Shown piece by piece: positions 9,477 to 17,074 of a stretch of 64,000 nucleotides of DNA. Position 1 is the stretch's first letter, and each line of letters begins with the position of its first letter. The notes beneath the pieces were generated by a model. It searched no databases. It saw nothing but the letters and a program-made list of their open reading frames with translations, and was not told the DNA's origin. The DNA is from an uncultured Candidatus Saccharibacteria bacterium (GTDB lineage Bacteria > Patescibacteriota > SICC01 > CAYSOT01). The DNA lies in assembly GCA_964432765.1 (NCBI GenBank), contig CAYSOT010000001.1, positions 66,096-130,095 of the forward strand, given 5' to 3'. Made by a program: the position numbers and the translations under genes.

Positions 9477-11929
9477 GCAAATCCATCAGCCACCAGGCGG
9501 AAGTACTGTCGATATGGCTGCACCCTGGCAGAAACAGTGCTTGCATCGAGTGCGACCATGAATCGGGCGGTCTCTCCTGGGTCTATTTGGTTATTTGAAT
9601 CGGCGACCACGGTCCCTCCGACCACCTTGCCAGCCATGAATGTCCCGACGCGATACCGTGTCAGCCAGTTGTCGGTGTCAGTTGGCAGTTGACCACCACT
9701 AAGGCCAATTGCCGCAAATGGTGAATTTTGGTCCATAGGCGTTGGTGCAAGACTGACAACCCCGCCACGTACCCACGGATATGTACCGGTATTTTTGAAG
9801 TCTACGAATATACTTCCGTAAGGACTGGTGGCTTTAGTAATAGTTGGAAACGCTGATTGACCAGCCCACTGCGCCCTGTAGCCCTGAGAGATAGACACCG
9901 GCCAGTAAATGCCGCTGTCATTAAGCCAAGCTTTTCCATCTACAACGAGATTGAAGAACTCGGCTGCAGCATATGGCCGATTCGGGCTCAGAGCCTGGAA
10001 AACGAATGTGGCTGCTTCGCCAGGCTGAACACTCGTCGCTGTATTGTCGTACGTTACATTGCCGCCACCATCACGTATCGGCTGGCCGGAACCATCCAAA
10101 TACGTCTTGCCAGCAAATGTTCCGATGCGGTGTGGCCCTTGCCAACTTGGATCCGCAATACCGCTACTGCGATCATTCGGCCTACTTGTACCGATCCGGA
10201 TAGTGTTGGCATCACCCGTATTAGTCCAGGCAACATTCCCGGTATTCTTGATGGTTAGAGAAAGTGTCGATGGCGTATTTGGTAGATTTGAGACGCTTCC
10301 GCTCTGTGTGAGCCACTGATATGAGAAACTGTCCGGTACGTTTGTAACAGTCCAGTAGATTCCAAGGTCGCGGCTAAACCAGGTGAGCCCTTCGGCGAGG
10401 GGACGATAATAAACCGCGTGCGTTCCGCTGAACGTACCGCCGCGCAGTGTGAAGCTGAACCTGGCAATTTCTCCTGGGGCAATCGACGTGGCGGAAGAGG
10501 TGGTCTTTGAGCCATCGCCGTTAATCGTGACTTTTTCAGTGAATGTGCCGGGACGAGCTGGATTAACCCAAGACGGATCGGCAAAACCGTCTGGCCTATC
10601 CCGATAGCGATCGGTACCGAGACGGACTGGGTTTGCCCCAGAGTTTTGCCAGGTGGCTAGACCTTCATTTTTCAGATCGAGATACACACTCGCAGTCTGT
10701 CCTGTGCGAAGTGTGAGCGTGCTACCCGAGCTGCCGTTTACTCCCTGCCCCTGGTAGGAATAGTCGTAATTACGGAATCCCATGTAATACGAAACGTAGT
10801 CATTGGTGCGATTCCGCACATTGCCAAGCTGGGCGTATTCGTACTGACCCGGACAAGCAGTGCTTGTATAGTCACGGTGCCCACTAAGCATATATTGAGT
10901 ACGTCCACTTGAATCTACGTAGGTCCGCCACGGTGCAAGGTTTGCCTTTGACATTAAGTATCCCGCGATATTGCTGACACTCTCATTAAGCTGCCCATAG
11001 GGCTGGCTAACGTCGAAGTTGCCAATCGTTGCAATGCCGGCACTATAGCGATTGAAGCCAAGTGTATGGCCCCCCTCAACAACAACGTTGTTAGTATTCG
11101 CAAAAGCCGCGTCGAAGTAACGACCCTGGAAAATGTTCCCTGAAACATCAACGAGATAATTGTAGCCAATATCTCCCCAGCCCTGATTGACGGCGTGGCT
11201 CTGCCAAATGCTCCGTACTGCGGCCGCACCATTTGGCGGATTGCCAGCTGTCACCGTATGGTGAACCATCACGCGCTGCAGAGCCCAATATTCCGGTGTC
11301 CAACTCGGTGAACTCGTCGCTTCAGGACACCCCCACTCTGCCCGAGAAATGATCCGCGGCGCTACATCAGCCGCCTTCGCCCGGGAAACTAAACTCGTTT
11401 TCTTGGCCGTCGGGTCTGGCCCTACACTGGCATCGATAAAGCTGAATCGGGGATTCTTGAAACTGACGGTCTGGCCTTCGCCATTCAAGCTGGCTCGATA
11501 CTGTACGTCTTTGGCACCATCGGCCAAGACAAACCCCGAATGTGCTCCATTGACCGGGGCAGTATCGGGGCGATCCTCGTCATCAACCGTCACCCAATCC
11601 GTCCAGCCCGTCTTGGTCTGGACACGAACTTGAACTTCGACTGCGTCGTGAGCGCCATCTTGATCCCACTGAAGTGCCACACCCGTTGTGTGTGCTTGTT
11701 CAGTTTTCACTGGCTGCGCCTCATAGCTGAGTGCTCCACTCGTTTTGAGCTCGGCACCACCTCCTAGATTCTCTCCACTTGTCACGCGACCTTCAGCGAG
11801 ATTGCCTTGTTTGTAGGACTGCTTAATATCGGCCTTAGTAGGTGAACCATCGGTAAGCAACAGCCCAACCGAAAGCGCCCCGAGTAGAGCTGCCGAGGCA
11901 ATGATAACTGTACTAAGTTTTTGTTTCAT
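9431..11929 (-). CDS. Secreted multidomain N-acetylmuramoyl-L-alanine amidase (PGRP/Amidase_2 domain) with four C-terminal ~110-aa repeat modules
   Basis: Signal peptide: MKQKLSTVIIASAALLGALSVG. Amidase_2 core: WGCPE...VMVHHTVT...GWGDIGYNYLVDVSGNIFQGRYFD...EGGHTLGFNRYSAGIATIGNF...GHRDYTSTACPG. After this come four repeats, each containing a (R/T)xGTF ... ADPSW ... FxF pattern. Confidence 0.8.
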   Translation of the reverse strand: MKQKLSTVIIASAALLGALSVGLLLTDGSPTKADIKQSYKQGNLAEGRVTSGENLGGGAELKTSGALSYEAQPVKTEQAHTTGVALQWDQDGAHDAVEVQVRVQTKTGWTDWVTVDDEDRPDTAPVNGAHSGFVLADGAKDVQYRASLNGEGQTVSFKNPRFSFIDASVGPDPTAKKTSLVSRAKAADVAPRIISRAEWGCPEATSSPSWTPEYWALQRVMVHHTVTAGNPPNGAAAVRSIWQSHAVNQGWGDIGYNYLVDVSGNIFQGRYFDAAFANTNNVVVEGGHTLGFNRYSAGIATIGNFDVSQPYGQLNESVSNIAGYLMSKANLAPWRTYVDSSGRTQYMLSGHRDYTSTACPGQYEYAQLGNVRNRTNDYVSYYMGFRNYDYSYQGQGVNGSSGSTLTLRTGQTASVYLDLKNEGLATWQNSGANPVRLGTDRYRDRPDGFADPSWVNPARPGTFTEKVTINGDGSKTTSSATSIAPGEIARFSFTLRGGTFSGTHAVYYRPLAEGLTWFSRDLGIYWTVTNVPDSFSYQWLTQSGSVSNLPNTPSTLSLTIKNTGNVAWTNTGDANTIRIGTSRPNDRSSGIADPSWQGPHRIGTFAGKTYLDGSGQPIRDGGGNVTYDNTATSVQPGEAATFVFQALSPNRPYAAAEFFNLVVDGKAWLNDSGIYWPVSISQGYRAQWAGQSAFPTITKATSPYGSIFVDFKNTGTYPWVRGGVVSLAPTPMDQNSPFAAIGLSGGQLPTDTDNWLTRYRVGTFMAGKVVGGTVVADSNNQIDPGETARFMVALDASTVSARVQPYRQYFRLVADGFAWLEDFGVYEDITVR

Positions 11930-12035
11930 TATGGGAAAATACCACCATTAAGGTATTTTTGCAAATAGAGGAGAGACACAATCCCATTCTAGTAAGGTCT
12001 CTCTACGATTGCGAGCGGGCAACAAGGCCAAGATG

Positions 12036-12108
12036 TGGCAGTGGGTGGATTCGAACCACCGACCAACAGCTTATGAGTCTGCTGCTCTAACCACTGAGCT
12101 ACACTGCC
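12036..12108 (-). tRNA. tRNA with CAT anticodon (elongator tRNA-Met or tRNA-Ile2)
   Basis: RC = GGCAGTGTAGCTCAGTGGTTAGAGCAGCAGACTCATAAGCTGTTGGTCGGTGGTTCGAATCCACCCACTGCCA. It folds as a cloverleaf: G1-C72 closes a 7-bp acceptor stem, a T-arm GGTGG/CCACC is present, and the anticodon loop is cuCAUaa. The CCA end is not encoded. Confidence 0.85.
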
Positions 12109-12183
12109 GGGTTTAGACGCCAAAGCGGCGCACATCAAGTATGCCGAGCTTCGGGATGAACCTCAAGCGTGCTGCCAACCTTG

Positions 12184-12255
12184 TAGCGGGGGCAGGACTC
12201 GAACCTGCGACCTCGTGGTTATGAGCCACGCGAGCTGCCACTGCTCCACCCCGCA
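12184..12255 (-). tRNA. Initiator tRNA-fMet (CAT)
   Basis: RC = TGCGGGGTGGAGCAGTGGCAGCTCGCGTGGCTCATAACCACGAGGTCGCAGGTTCGAGTCCTGCCCCCGCTA. It is very similar to E. coli tRNA-fMet (CGCGGGGUGGAGCAG...CCCCCGCAACCA). Position 1 is unpaired with 72, as expected for an initiator, and the anticodon stem carries G-C pairs. Confidence 0.85.
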
Positions 12256-12305
12256 TCGTGCGTACGTCGTACGGTACCTTATGGTACCTCCTCCATAGCG
12301 CTCTA

Positions 12306-12710
12306 TCAAGCGTTGTGACTACCAAAGAAGTAGCGCCACCATGCCTCTGGGTTCGACGGGGGCGGTGTTGGCTTTGTCTCGATTCCTGGACGAGTAAGGT
12401 TTGAAGAGTCATCACCTGTCGGCATCGGCACTACGATCACTCTCTCACCAGGTTTTTGATAGTTTAGTCTGGTCCGGGCTTCTTTTTCTTTAAACGAATC
12501 TGTTCGGTAATACGCGGTTAAGTTCTTAAGCTGGGTGTTTTGCTCTTCAAGCGAGCTTATCTCATTCTTTAGAGAAATTCTGTCTTGGTGAATTCTGTAG
12601 TTTTCAACGATCAGCTTTACCGACCCGAGCAGTAGATAGCCGATCACAATAAGAGCAAAGATATTGCCGGAACGTTGCCTGATCCATGAACTGATGTTTG
12701 ATTTCGCCAT
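12306..12710 (-). CDS. ftsB: Septum formation initiator (FtsB/DivIC-like) protein
   Basis: It has a single N-terminal TM helix (IFALIVIGYLLLGSV) and a coiled-coil segment ISLKNEISSLEEQNTQLKNLTAYYRTDSFKEKEARTRLNYQKPGE. The KEKEAR...LNY..PGE tail is typical of FtsB/DivIC. Confidence 0.65.
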   Translation of the reverse strand: MAKSNISSWIRQRSGNIFALIVIGYLLLGSVKLIVENYRIHQDRISLKNEISSLEEQNTQLKNLTAYYRTDSFKEKEARTRLNYQKPGERVIVVPMPTGDDSSNLTRPGIETKPTPPPSNPEAWWRYFFGSHNA

Positions 12711-12742
12711 ACGGCTCTAGCCTACACTACCGAATCGTCTTG

Positions 12743-12815
12743 TGGGCCCGCTAGGACTTGAACCTAGGACCTACCGGTTATGAGCCGGCTGCTCTAACCA
12801 CTGAGCTACGGGCCC
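12743..12815 (-). tRNA. tRNA with CAT anticodon, resembling tRNA-Ile2 (lysidine, LAU)
   Basis: RC = GGGCCCGTAGCTCAGTGGTTAGAGCAGCCGGCTCATAACCGGTAGGTCCTAGGTTCAAGTCCTAGCGGGCCCA. This is a good cloverleaf and is strikingly similar to E. coli ileX (GGCCCCUUAGCUCAGUGGUUAGAGCAGGCGACUCAUAAUCGCUUGGUCGCUGGUUCAAGUCCAGCAGGGGCC). The choice between Met and Ile2 identity is not certain. Confidence 0.8.
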
Positions 12816-12829
12816 GAATTGTATCTCCA

Positions 12830-13144
12830 TTATGCGACAGCATCGTCTCGTGTGGCAGTCCGCCACACCCACAACCCTAGCAGCGCCCCAACAAACGAAC
12901 CAATCAAGTTGCCGTATGTCAGCGGTCCGTTCGAGACAGCGATGCGAGCCTCAACGGCCATGAGATATCCTGCACAGATGGCGCTGAGTATGCCCACAAC
13001 CAAGAGTGCAGCTACACCACCTGTAGCTCTGCGCCTCGATAATAAATAGCTTAGAACTGCGGCCACTGCACCGCAGATAGACCAGCTAATCAGAAATGTT
13101 GTCATATTATTTAACGCTGTCCGCTTCGAGATAGACTTTCTCAC
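12830..13144 (-). CDS. Small membrane protein, GlsB/YeaQ/YmgE (transglycosylase-associated) family-like
   Basis: It has two or three Gly/Ala-rich TM helices (ISWSICGAVAAVLSYLL; ALLVVGILSAICAGYLM; IGSFVGALLGLWVW). The probable start is Met at about 13105. Confidence 0.45.
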   Translation of the reverse strand: MRKSISKRTALNNMTTFLISWSICGAVAAVLSYLLSRRRATGGVAALLVVGILSAICAGYLMAVEARIAVSNGPLTYGNLIGSFVGALLGLWVWRTATRDDAVA

Positions 13145-13679
13145 CCTTCAACTTGGCGGTCAGGGAAGAATCGTTGTCTGGCCAATTTTGTTCTGTTTTC
13201 CACGTTGCCAGCTGGTCCTTAAACTCAACTATTTTGCCACGAACTGTTGCCGACGAAGTCGGGATAGAATCTTTCCAGCGAACCCAAAGGTAGGTGCCAT
13301 CCTGATCTTGAAGAAAGAAGCCAACACCCTGAACTGGGTTGGTAACCTTACCCACCACATCAACGTTTTTGTCTATGAACTGGGTCGGGGACTTATTGAT
13401 ACCGGAGACGGTAGTGCTTGGTTGAGCGGCGGACTCTACTTGGACCGAAGGTGTCGGGGTGACGAGCTTCTGCTCAATTGCGCTGAGCCGATCGTTGATC
13501 TTCTGCAGATCTTTATCGCTCGAAGAACCATTTGGAATGATCGCGCTGATGATCCAACTGACTATCAAACCGACAACGATGCCCGCAATGAAAACATTTC
13601 GGACCCGGTTTGAGCTGGAATAGCGAGCTGCCGCCATGCCTGTACTATATCGCGAAGTGTTAAATTCTGCGATATCCAA
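13107..13679 (-). CDS. Membrane-anchored hypothetical protein (N-terminal TM, extracytoplasmic beta-rich domain)
   Basis: The TM helix is VFIAGIVVGLIVSWIISAII, followed by a hydrophilic domain. There is no recognisable catalytic motif. Confidence 0.45.
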   Translation of the reverse strand: MDIAEFNTSRYSTGMAAARYSSSNRVRNVFIAGIVVGLIVSWIISAIIPNGSSSDKDLQKINDRLSAIEQKLVTPTPSVQVESAAQPSTTVSGINKSPTQFIDKNVDVVGKVTNPVQGVGFFLQDQDGTYLWVRWKDSIPTSSATVRGKIVEFKDQLATWKTEQNWPDNDSSLTAKLKGEKVYLEADSVK

Positions 13680-14332
13680 TACCAGAGCCGTACTGTGTGT
13701 GCGGTTTCAGCCGCCGCCTGTGTGCGTACCTGCTTGGCCGCTCGTTCACATTCGGCATCCCCAGATTGTTGAAAACTCTGTATTGACCAGCTTTTTCCAG
13801 TTGCTAGGATGGCTGCGACACGGAGCGCAATGGAGATTCTTGCAATCACATTCTTCCCGCGACATACCCGGCTAACGGTCCGGTTTCGTCACCACCTCTA
13901 CTCCGGACAGCTCCCCACTCTCGCTACATCACTCATCTCAATGCTCCCCTCATTACGGGAGCATCTTTGTACAAACGCCCGCGGGCTTTCATTTGAACAA
14001 GAATTACACGACACCGAACTGGGACATGTGTTCGAGCATGTGATGCTCGCCATACTGGCTGATCGAGGTCTGTGTACACGGGGTCAAACGACCTGGAATT
14101 GGCATCGCGATCCAGTCGGAACGTACCATGTCACTATTTCGACCGGCAGAAAAATGTTAGTGAAAGAAAGCTTGCTCGTCGCCCAGGCGCTCTTCACGAA
14201 TGTGCTCGTAGGTCCGCCTTTGTCGGTTTGCTGTGGGGAAGGACTCTACCGGTCAGCCACCAGAGAAGAGGCACTTTCTGGTGCCCCAAGAACCGTGCTG
14301 GCGATAACCAGATAGATATGCCTGTATCGTTC

Positions 14333-14369
14333 TTAAAATAAAACCGGCGAAGCGCCTGAGCTTCGCCGG
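14333..14369 (-). terminator. Rho-independent terminator (minus strand)
   Basis: A perfect 10-bp stem CCGGCGAAGC/GCTTCGCCGG with a 6-nt loop is followed on the minus strand by TTTTATTTTAA. Confidence 0.7.
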
Positions 14370-14625
14370 TTGTCAGATGTCGATGGATCTTCGGAGTGCT
14401 CAAACCCCATTGATGAGGTGGGTGTGTGCCACCTCGACCCTCGAGTCGAGATGAGCAACAGTCCCTATGTTGAACGTGTTGGAGTCGCCCTGCCGAAGAC
14501 CCTATATGTAAAGGATATCCGCCCTAGACATTACTGCGTCTGCTTTTGGGAGACGATGGAAGTACTTCCAAACTTTTCCGCATCTCATCGTTTTCTTTTG
14601 GGAAAACACTTTGAGTTTTCCACCA

Positions 14626-14652
14626 TCAAAAACGCCCCGCAGCAGCGGGGCG
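14626..14652 (-). terminator. Rho-independent terminator downstream of the KGG stress-protein gene
   Basis: The stem CGCCCCGC/GCGGGGCG (8 bp, loop AGCA) is followed on the minus strand by TTTTTG. It lies 18 nt after the stop of ORF 14670..14897. Confidence 0.7.
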
Positions 14653-14669
14653 CTCATGTTTTAATTCTT

Positions 14670-14897
14670 TCAGGCCGCAGTGCCGCGACGACCCGCTTTG
14701 CCGCCCATGCGACCGATTTTGGCAAAGTATGAACTACCTCGCTTTGCGGTCACTTTACCTCCGGCCTTACCAATCATCGCCATATTGTGCGTTGTGGCAG
14801 TTTTTTTGCCGCCTTTGCTGGCTACCTGTCGCACGCGCTCTGGTGTCATTGATGCGAATCCACGTCGAGATTTGGACATACGTACCTCCTTAAACAA
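14670..14897 (-). CDS. KGG-repeat general stress protein (YciG-like)
   Basis: MSKSRRGFASMTPERVRQVASKGGKKTATT...GKAGGKVTAKRGSSYFAKIGRMGGKAGRRG contains repeated KGG/GGK stress-induced motifs. Confidence 0.7.
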   Translation of the reverse strand: MFKEVRMSKSRRGFASMTPERVRQVASKGGKKTATTHNMAMIGKAGGKVTAKRGSSYFAKIGRMGGKAGRRGTAA

Positions 14898-14991
14898 CTA
14901 AGTAATTATGTTTGTATGGTACCACCCTACGCTGAGATAGCACTGAGGAGCTTTAGTGAACCTTACAATTTTTTCGACCCTGCCTTGGAAG

Positions 14992-16119
14992 CTACTCGAG
15001 ATCAAGCAGAGTAAGGGCAATTTTCAGTTGGACTGCATCGTCAAATGTTTCCGGGTCGAGCCCGATAAGCTCACGAATCTTTCCGAGGCGGTAGATAAGC
15101 GTGTTGCGATGTATGTGTAGAGCTTTTGAAGCGTTAGTGAGATTGAGACTATGTTCGAAATAGCCACGCAGAGTTTTTGTAAGATCTGGATCTTTCAGCA
15201 TGGGCGCAAGCGCTCGCTTAGCTATTTGTACCTGCTTATCCAAATCCAGATCAGCAAAGACGATGTTCAGACCAATATCGTCGATGTAGTACGCTTTTCC
15301 GGGCTCGTAGAGCTTCGAGCCGAGGCGAAGTGCCGCCGCAGCTTCACGGTATGAAGTTAAAAGCCCTTCGATACCAAGGTGCAAACCACCGATACCAACC
15401 GTAATACCCGCCCCAAGATTAGCCATCATTTGCTGCGCCTTTTGCCTGAATAGATCTAGGGTTTCGTCGTTTCTAGCAGCGTCCTTCAAAATAAGAAACG
15501 TGTTATAGCCAAAATAGGTGACCGTGTTGTCGCTTGAAGATGGAAAGAGGGCCGTAATCTCACGGGCAAGCTTTTCCTTGAAACGCGCTATCGGTTCATT
15601 TTTATCAGCAGCAGGGGCAAGTTTATCTTGGAAATCAGGGACTTCAACAAGGGTCACAAATCGTTGTTTTGTGAGATCTATGCCGAGCAGCTTGGCTTCA
15701 TCGACTAGGCGTTCTCGCTCTGCATCGCTCAAGCTGTGAAAAAGCTGCCACAGTACCTGATCAAGACTCTCTGTAACCCTTTGTTGAGACTCTTGTTCCA
15801 GCAGCAGTTCAGCAAAGCTCTTTGTCACGGGAACAACGTCCTTAACGTGGGGCAGGTCGCTATGCAGCACAAGCCCAGCAACTATTTCACCGCCTTGTCT
15901 GAGCGGAATGACGACTGCTGAGTCACCGTCGAGTTCGAATATGTCGCCTTTTGTGAGAGATCCAGAAACACCGGACAGCATGGATCCGGCAAGATTTGGG
16001 TCGTAAGAAGCTATTAATTCGCCGCTTGGGCTTACAAGGCTCGCATCACGCCCCAAAAGACTCATCACCTGAGTGACGAGAGTTTTCGCAAGATGCGGAC
16101 TAATGGTCTGCATACGCAT
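14992..16119 (-). CDS. CdaR/PucR-family transcriptional regulator (C-terminal PucR HTH)
   Basis: The C-terminus LNLTNASKALHIHRNTLIYRLGKIRELIGLDPETFDDAVQLKIAL is the PucR-type HTH. The N-terminal region resembles a CdaR sugar-diacid sensing domain. Confidence 0.7.
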   Translation of the reverse strand: MRMQTISPHLAKTLVTQVMSLLGRDASLVSPSGELIASYDPNLAGSMLSGVSGSLTKGDIFELDGDSAVVIPLRQGGEIVAGLVLHSDLPHVKDVVPVTKSFAELLLEQESQQRVTESLDQVLWQLFHSLSDAERERLVDEAKLLGIDLTKQRFVTLVEVPDFQDKLAPAADKNEPIARFKEKLAREITALFPSSSDNTVTYFGYNTFLILKDAARNDETLDLFRQKAQQMMANLGAGITVGIGGLHLGIEGLLTSYREAAAALRLGSKLYEPGKAYYIDDIGLNIVFADLDLDKQVQIAKRALAPMLKDPDLTKTLRGYFEHSLNLTNASKALHIHRNTLIYRLGKIRELIGLDPETFDDAVQLKIALTLLDLE

Positions 16120-16210
16120 GGTGCACTATACACTAGCCGATTGCTCCAGTGATGTCTTGGATGTTTTCCTGTTGCTCCGAGTGAGCAGCGCGAGTATCAT
16201 TGGGCGCACT

Positions 16211-16606
16211 ATGAACGAGCGCATCACCGTTTTGCTGATTGAAGACGATCCCATGTTGACCGAACTGTATCAGACAAAACTGGAAATGGATGGATACGAT
16301 GTGCACGTCGTAACCGACGGAGAGGCGGGAATCTCCACAGCTCAACGCGTTGTGCCACAGCTGATCCTTCTCGACATTATGCTCCCAAAGCTTAATGGGT
16401 TTGAGGTCCTCAAGTCGCTGAAACAGGATCCGAACACAGCCTCCATTCCTGTAATCGTGGTGACTAATCTTGGTGGATCTAAGGCCGACACTGACAAAAA
16501 GCTTGCTCTTTCACTCGGCGCTGAAGAGTTTTTAGTGAAAACGTTTCATTTGCCTGACGACATTGTCGGAAAAATCCAAGCAGTTCTTGCAAAAAAGCAG
16601 GCTTAG
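16211..16606 (+). CDS. Single-domain response regulator (CheY-like receiver)
   Basis: MNERITVLLIEDDPMLTELYQ...LLDIMLPKLNGFEVLKSLK...PVIVVTNLG carries the receiver acidic pocket and the conserved Lys. There is no output domain. The track ORF begins at 16073, but the conserved domain starts at Met 16211. Confidence 0.8.
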   Translation: MNERITVLLIEDDPMLTELYQTKLEMDGYDVHVVTDGEAGISTAQRVVPQLILLDIMLPKLNGFEVLKSLKQDPNTASIPVIVVTNLGGSKADTDKKLALSLGAEEFLVKTFHLPDDIVGKIQAVLAKKQA

Positions 16607-16689
16607 TTATCCACCATCTGTCCACATGGTGCTGTTCTTCATGGATTTTCTAAGTTAACTAGGCAAAACAGAGACCAGATGCGGCTTGC

Positions 16690-16718
16690 TTGACATGGTC
16701 AGTCGCCAGAATTATGCT
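16690..16718 (+). promoter_or_regulatory. Sigma70-like promoter candidate (TTGACA - 17 nt - TATGCT)
   Basis: The -35 TTGACA is at 16690-16695 and the -10 TATGCT at 16713-16718, with a 17-nt spacer. A small ORF lies 57-66 nt downstream. Confidence 0.4.
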
Positions 16719-16774
16719 GCAGACCCTACTTTTGTGGGAGCAGCAGATAGAGATAAACCGCCGGAGGCGGTTCT

Positions 16775-16966
16775 TTGCGCACAATGCAACCTCTCTACGT
16801 CCAACAATTGCTCAAAGTCCTTATTGAAGAGTATGAAGATATCGATTTCATGCTGAGTGCACTTGATAGTACGAGCAAACGTGACGCTGAATCGATCCGC
16901 CAACTACTGACAGTGCTCGGCACAAAAAACCGAGCGCTCATCGCTCGCTTTGATGCCGTAGATTGA
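16775..16966 (+). CDS. Small hypothetical protein (63 aa)
   Basis: The ORF has a GGAGG motif 8 nt upstream and a candidate promoter, with no similarity I recognise. The ATG at 16784 is an alternative start. Confidence 0.3.
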   Translation: MRTMQPLYVQQLLKVLIEEYEDIDFMLSALDSTSKRDAESIRQLLTVLGTKNRALIARFDAVD

Positions 16967-17074
16967 CATACGGCGCATTTGTTGCTACGCTACGGGGCTT
17001 TCCTTGAAAGCACCCAGCGGTCGTTCGGACTTCCCCCCTTGGTCTGAACGTCCGCATTTGGGTATGGTAAGAGT

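Noticed and set aside
12113-12415. 100-aa ORF spanning the tRNA-fMet gene
   Set aside because: It overlaps a bona fide tRNA on the same strand and the reading frame is fortuitous.
13855-13900. RNase P RNA-like 3' motif (ACCCGGCTAACGGTCCGGTTTCGTCACC)
   Set aside because: Only one of the universally conserved regions can be recognised. Without the GGAAAGUCCGGGCUCC and GGUAAGAGCGCACC partners I cannot call an rnpB gene. It is kept only as a note under the finding for 13680-14340.
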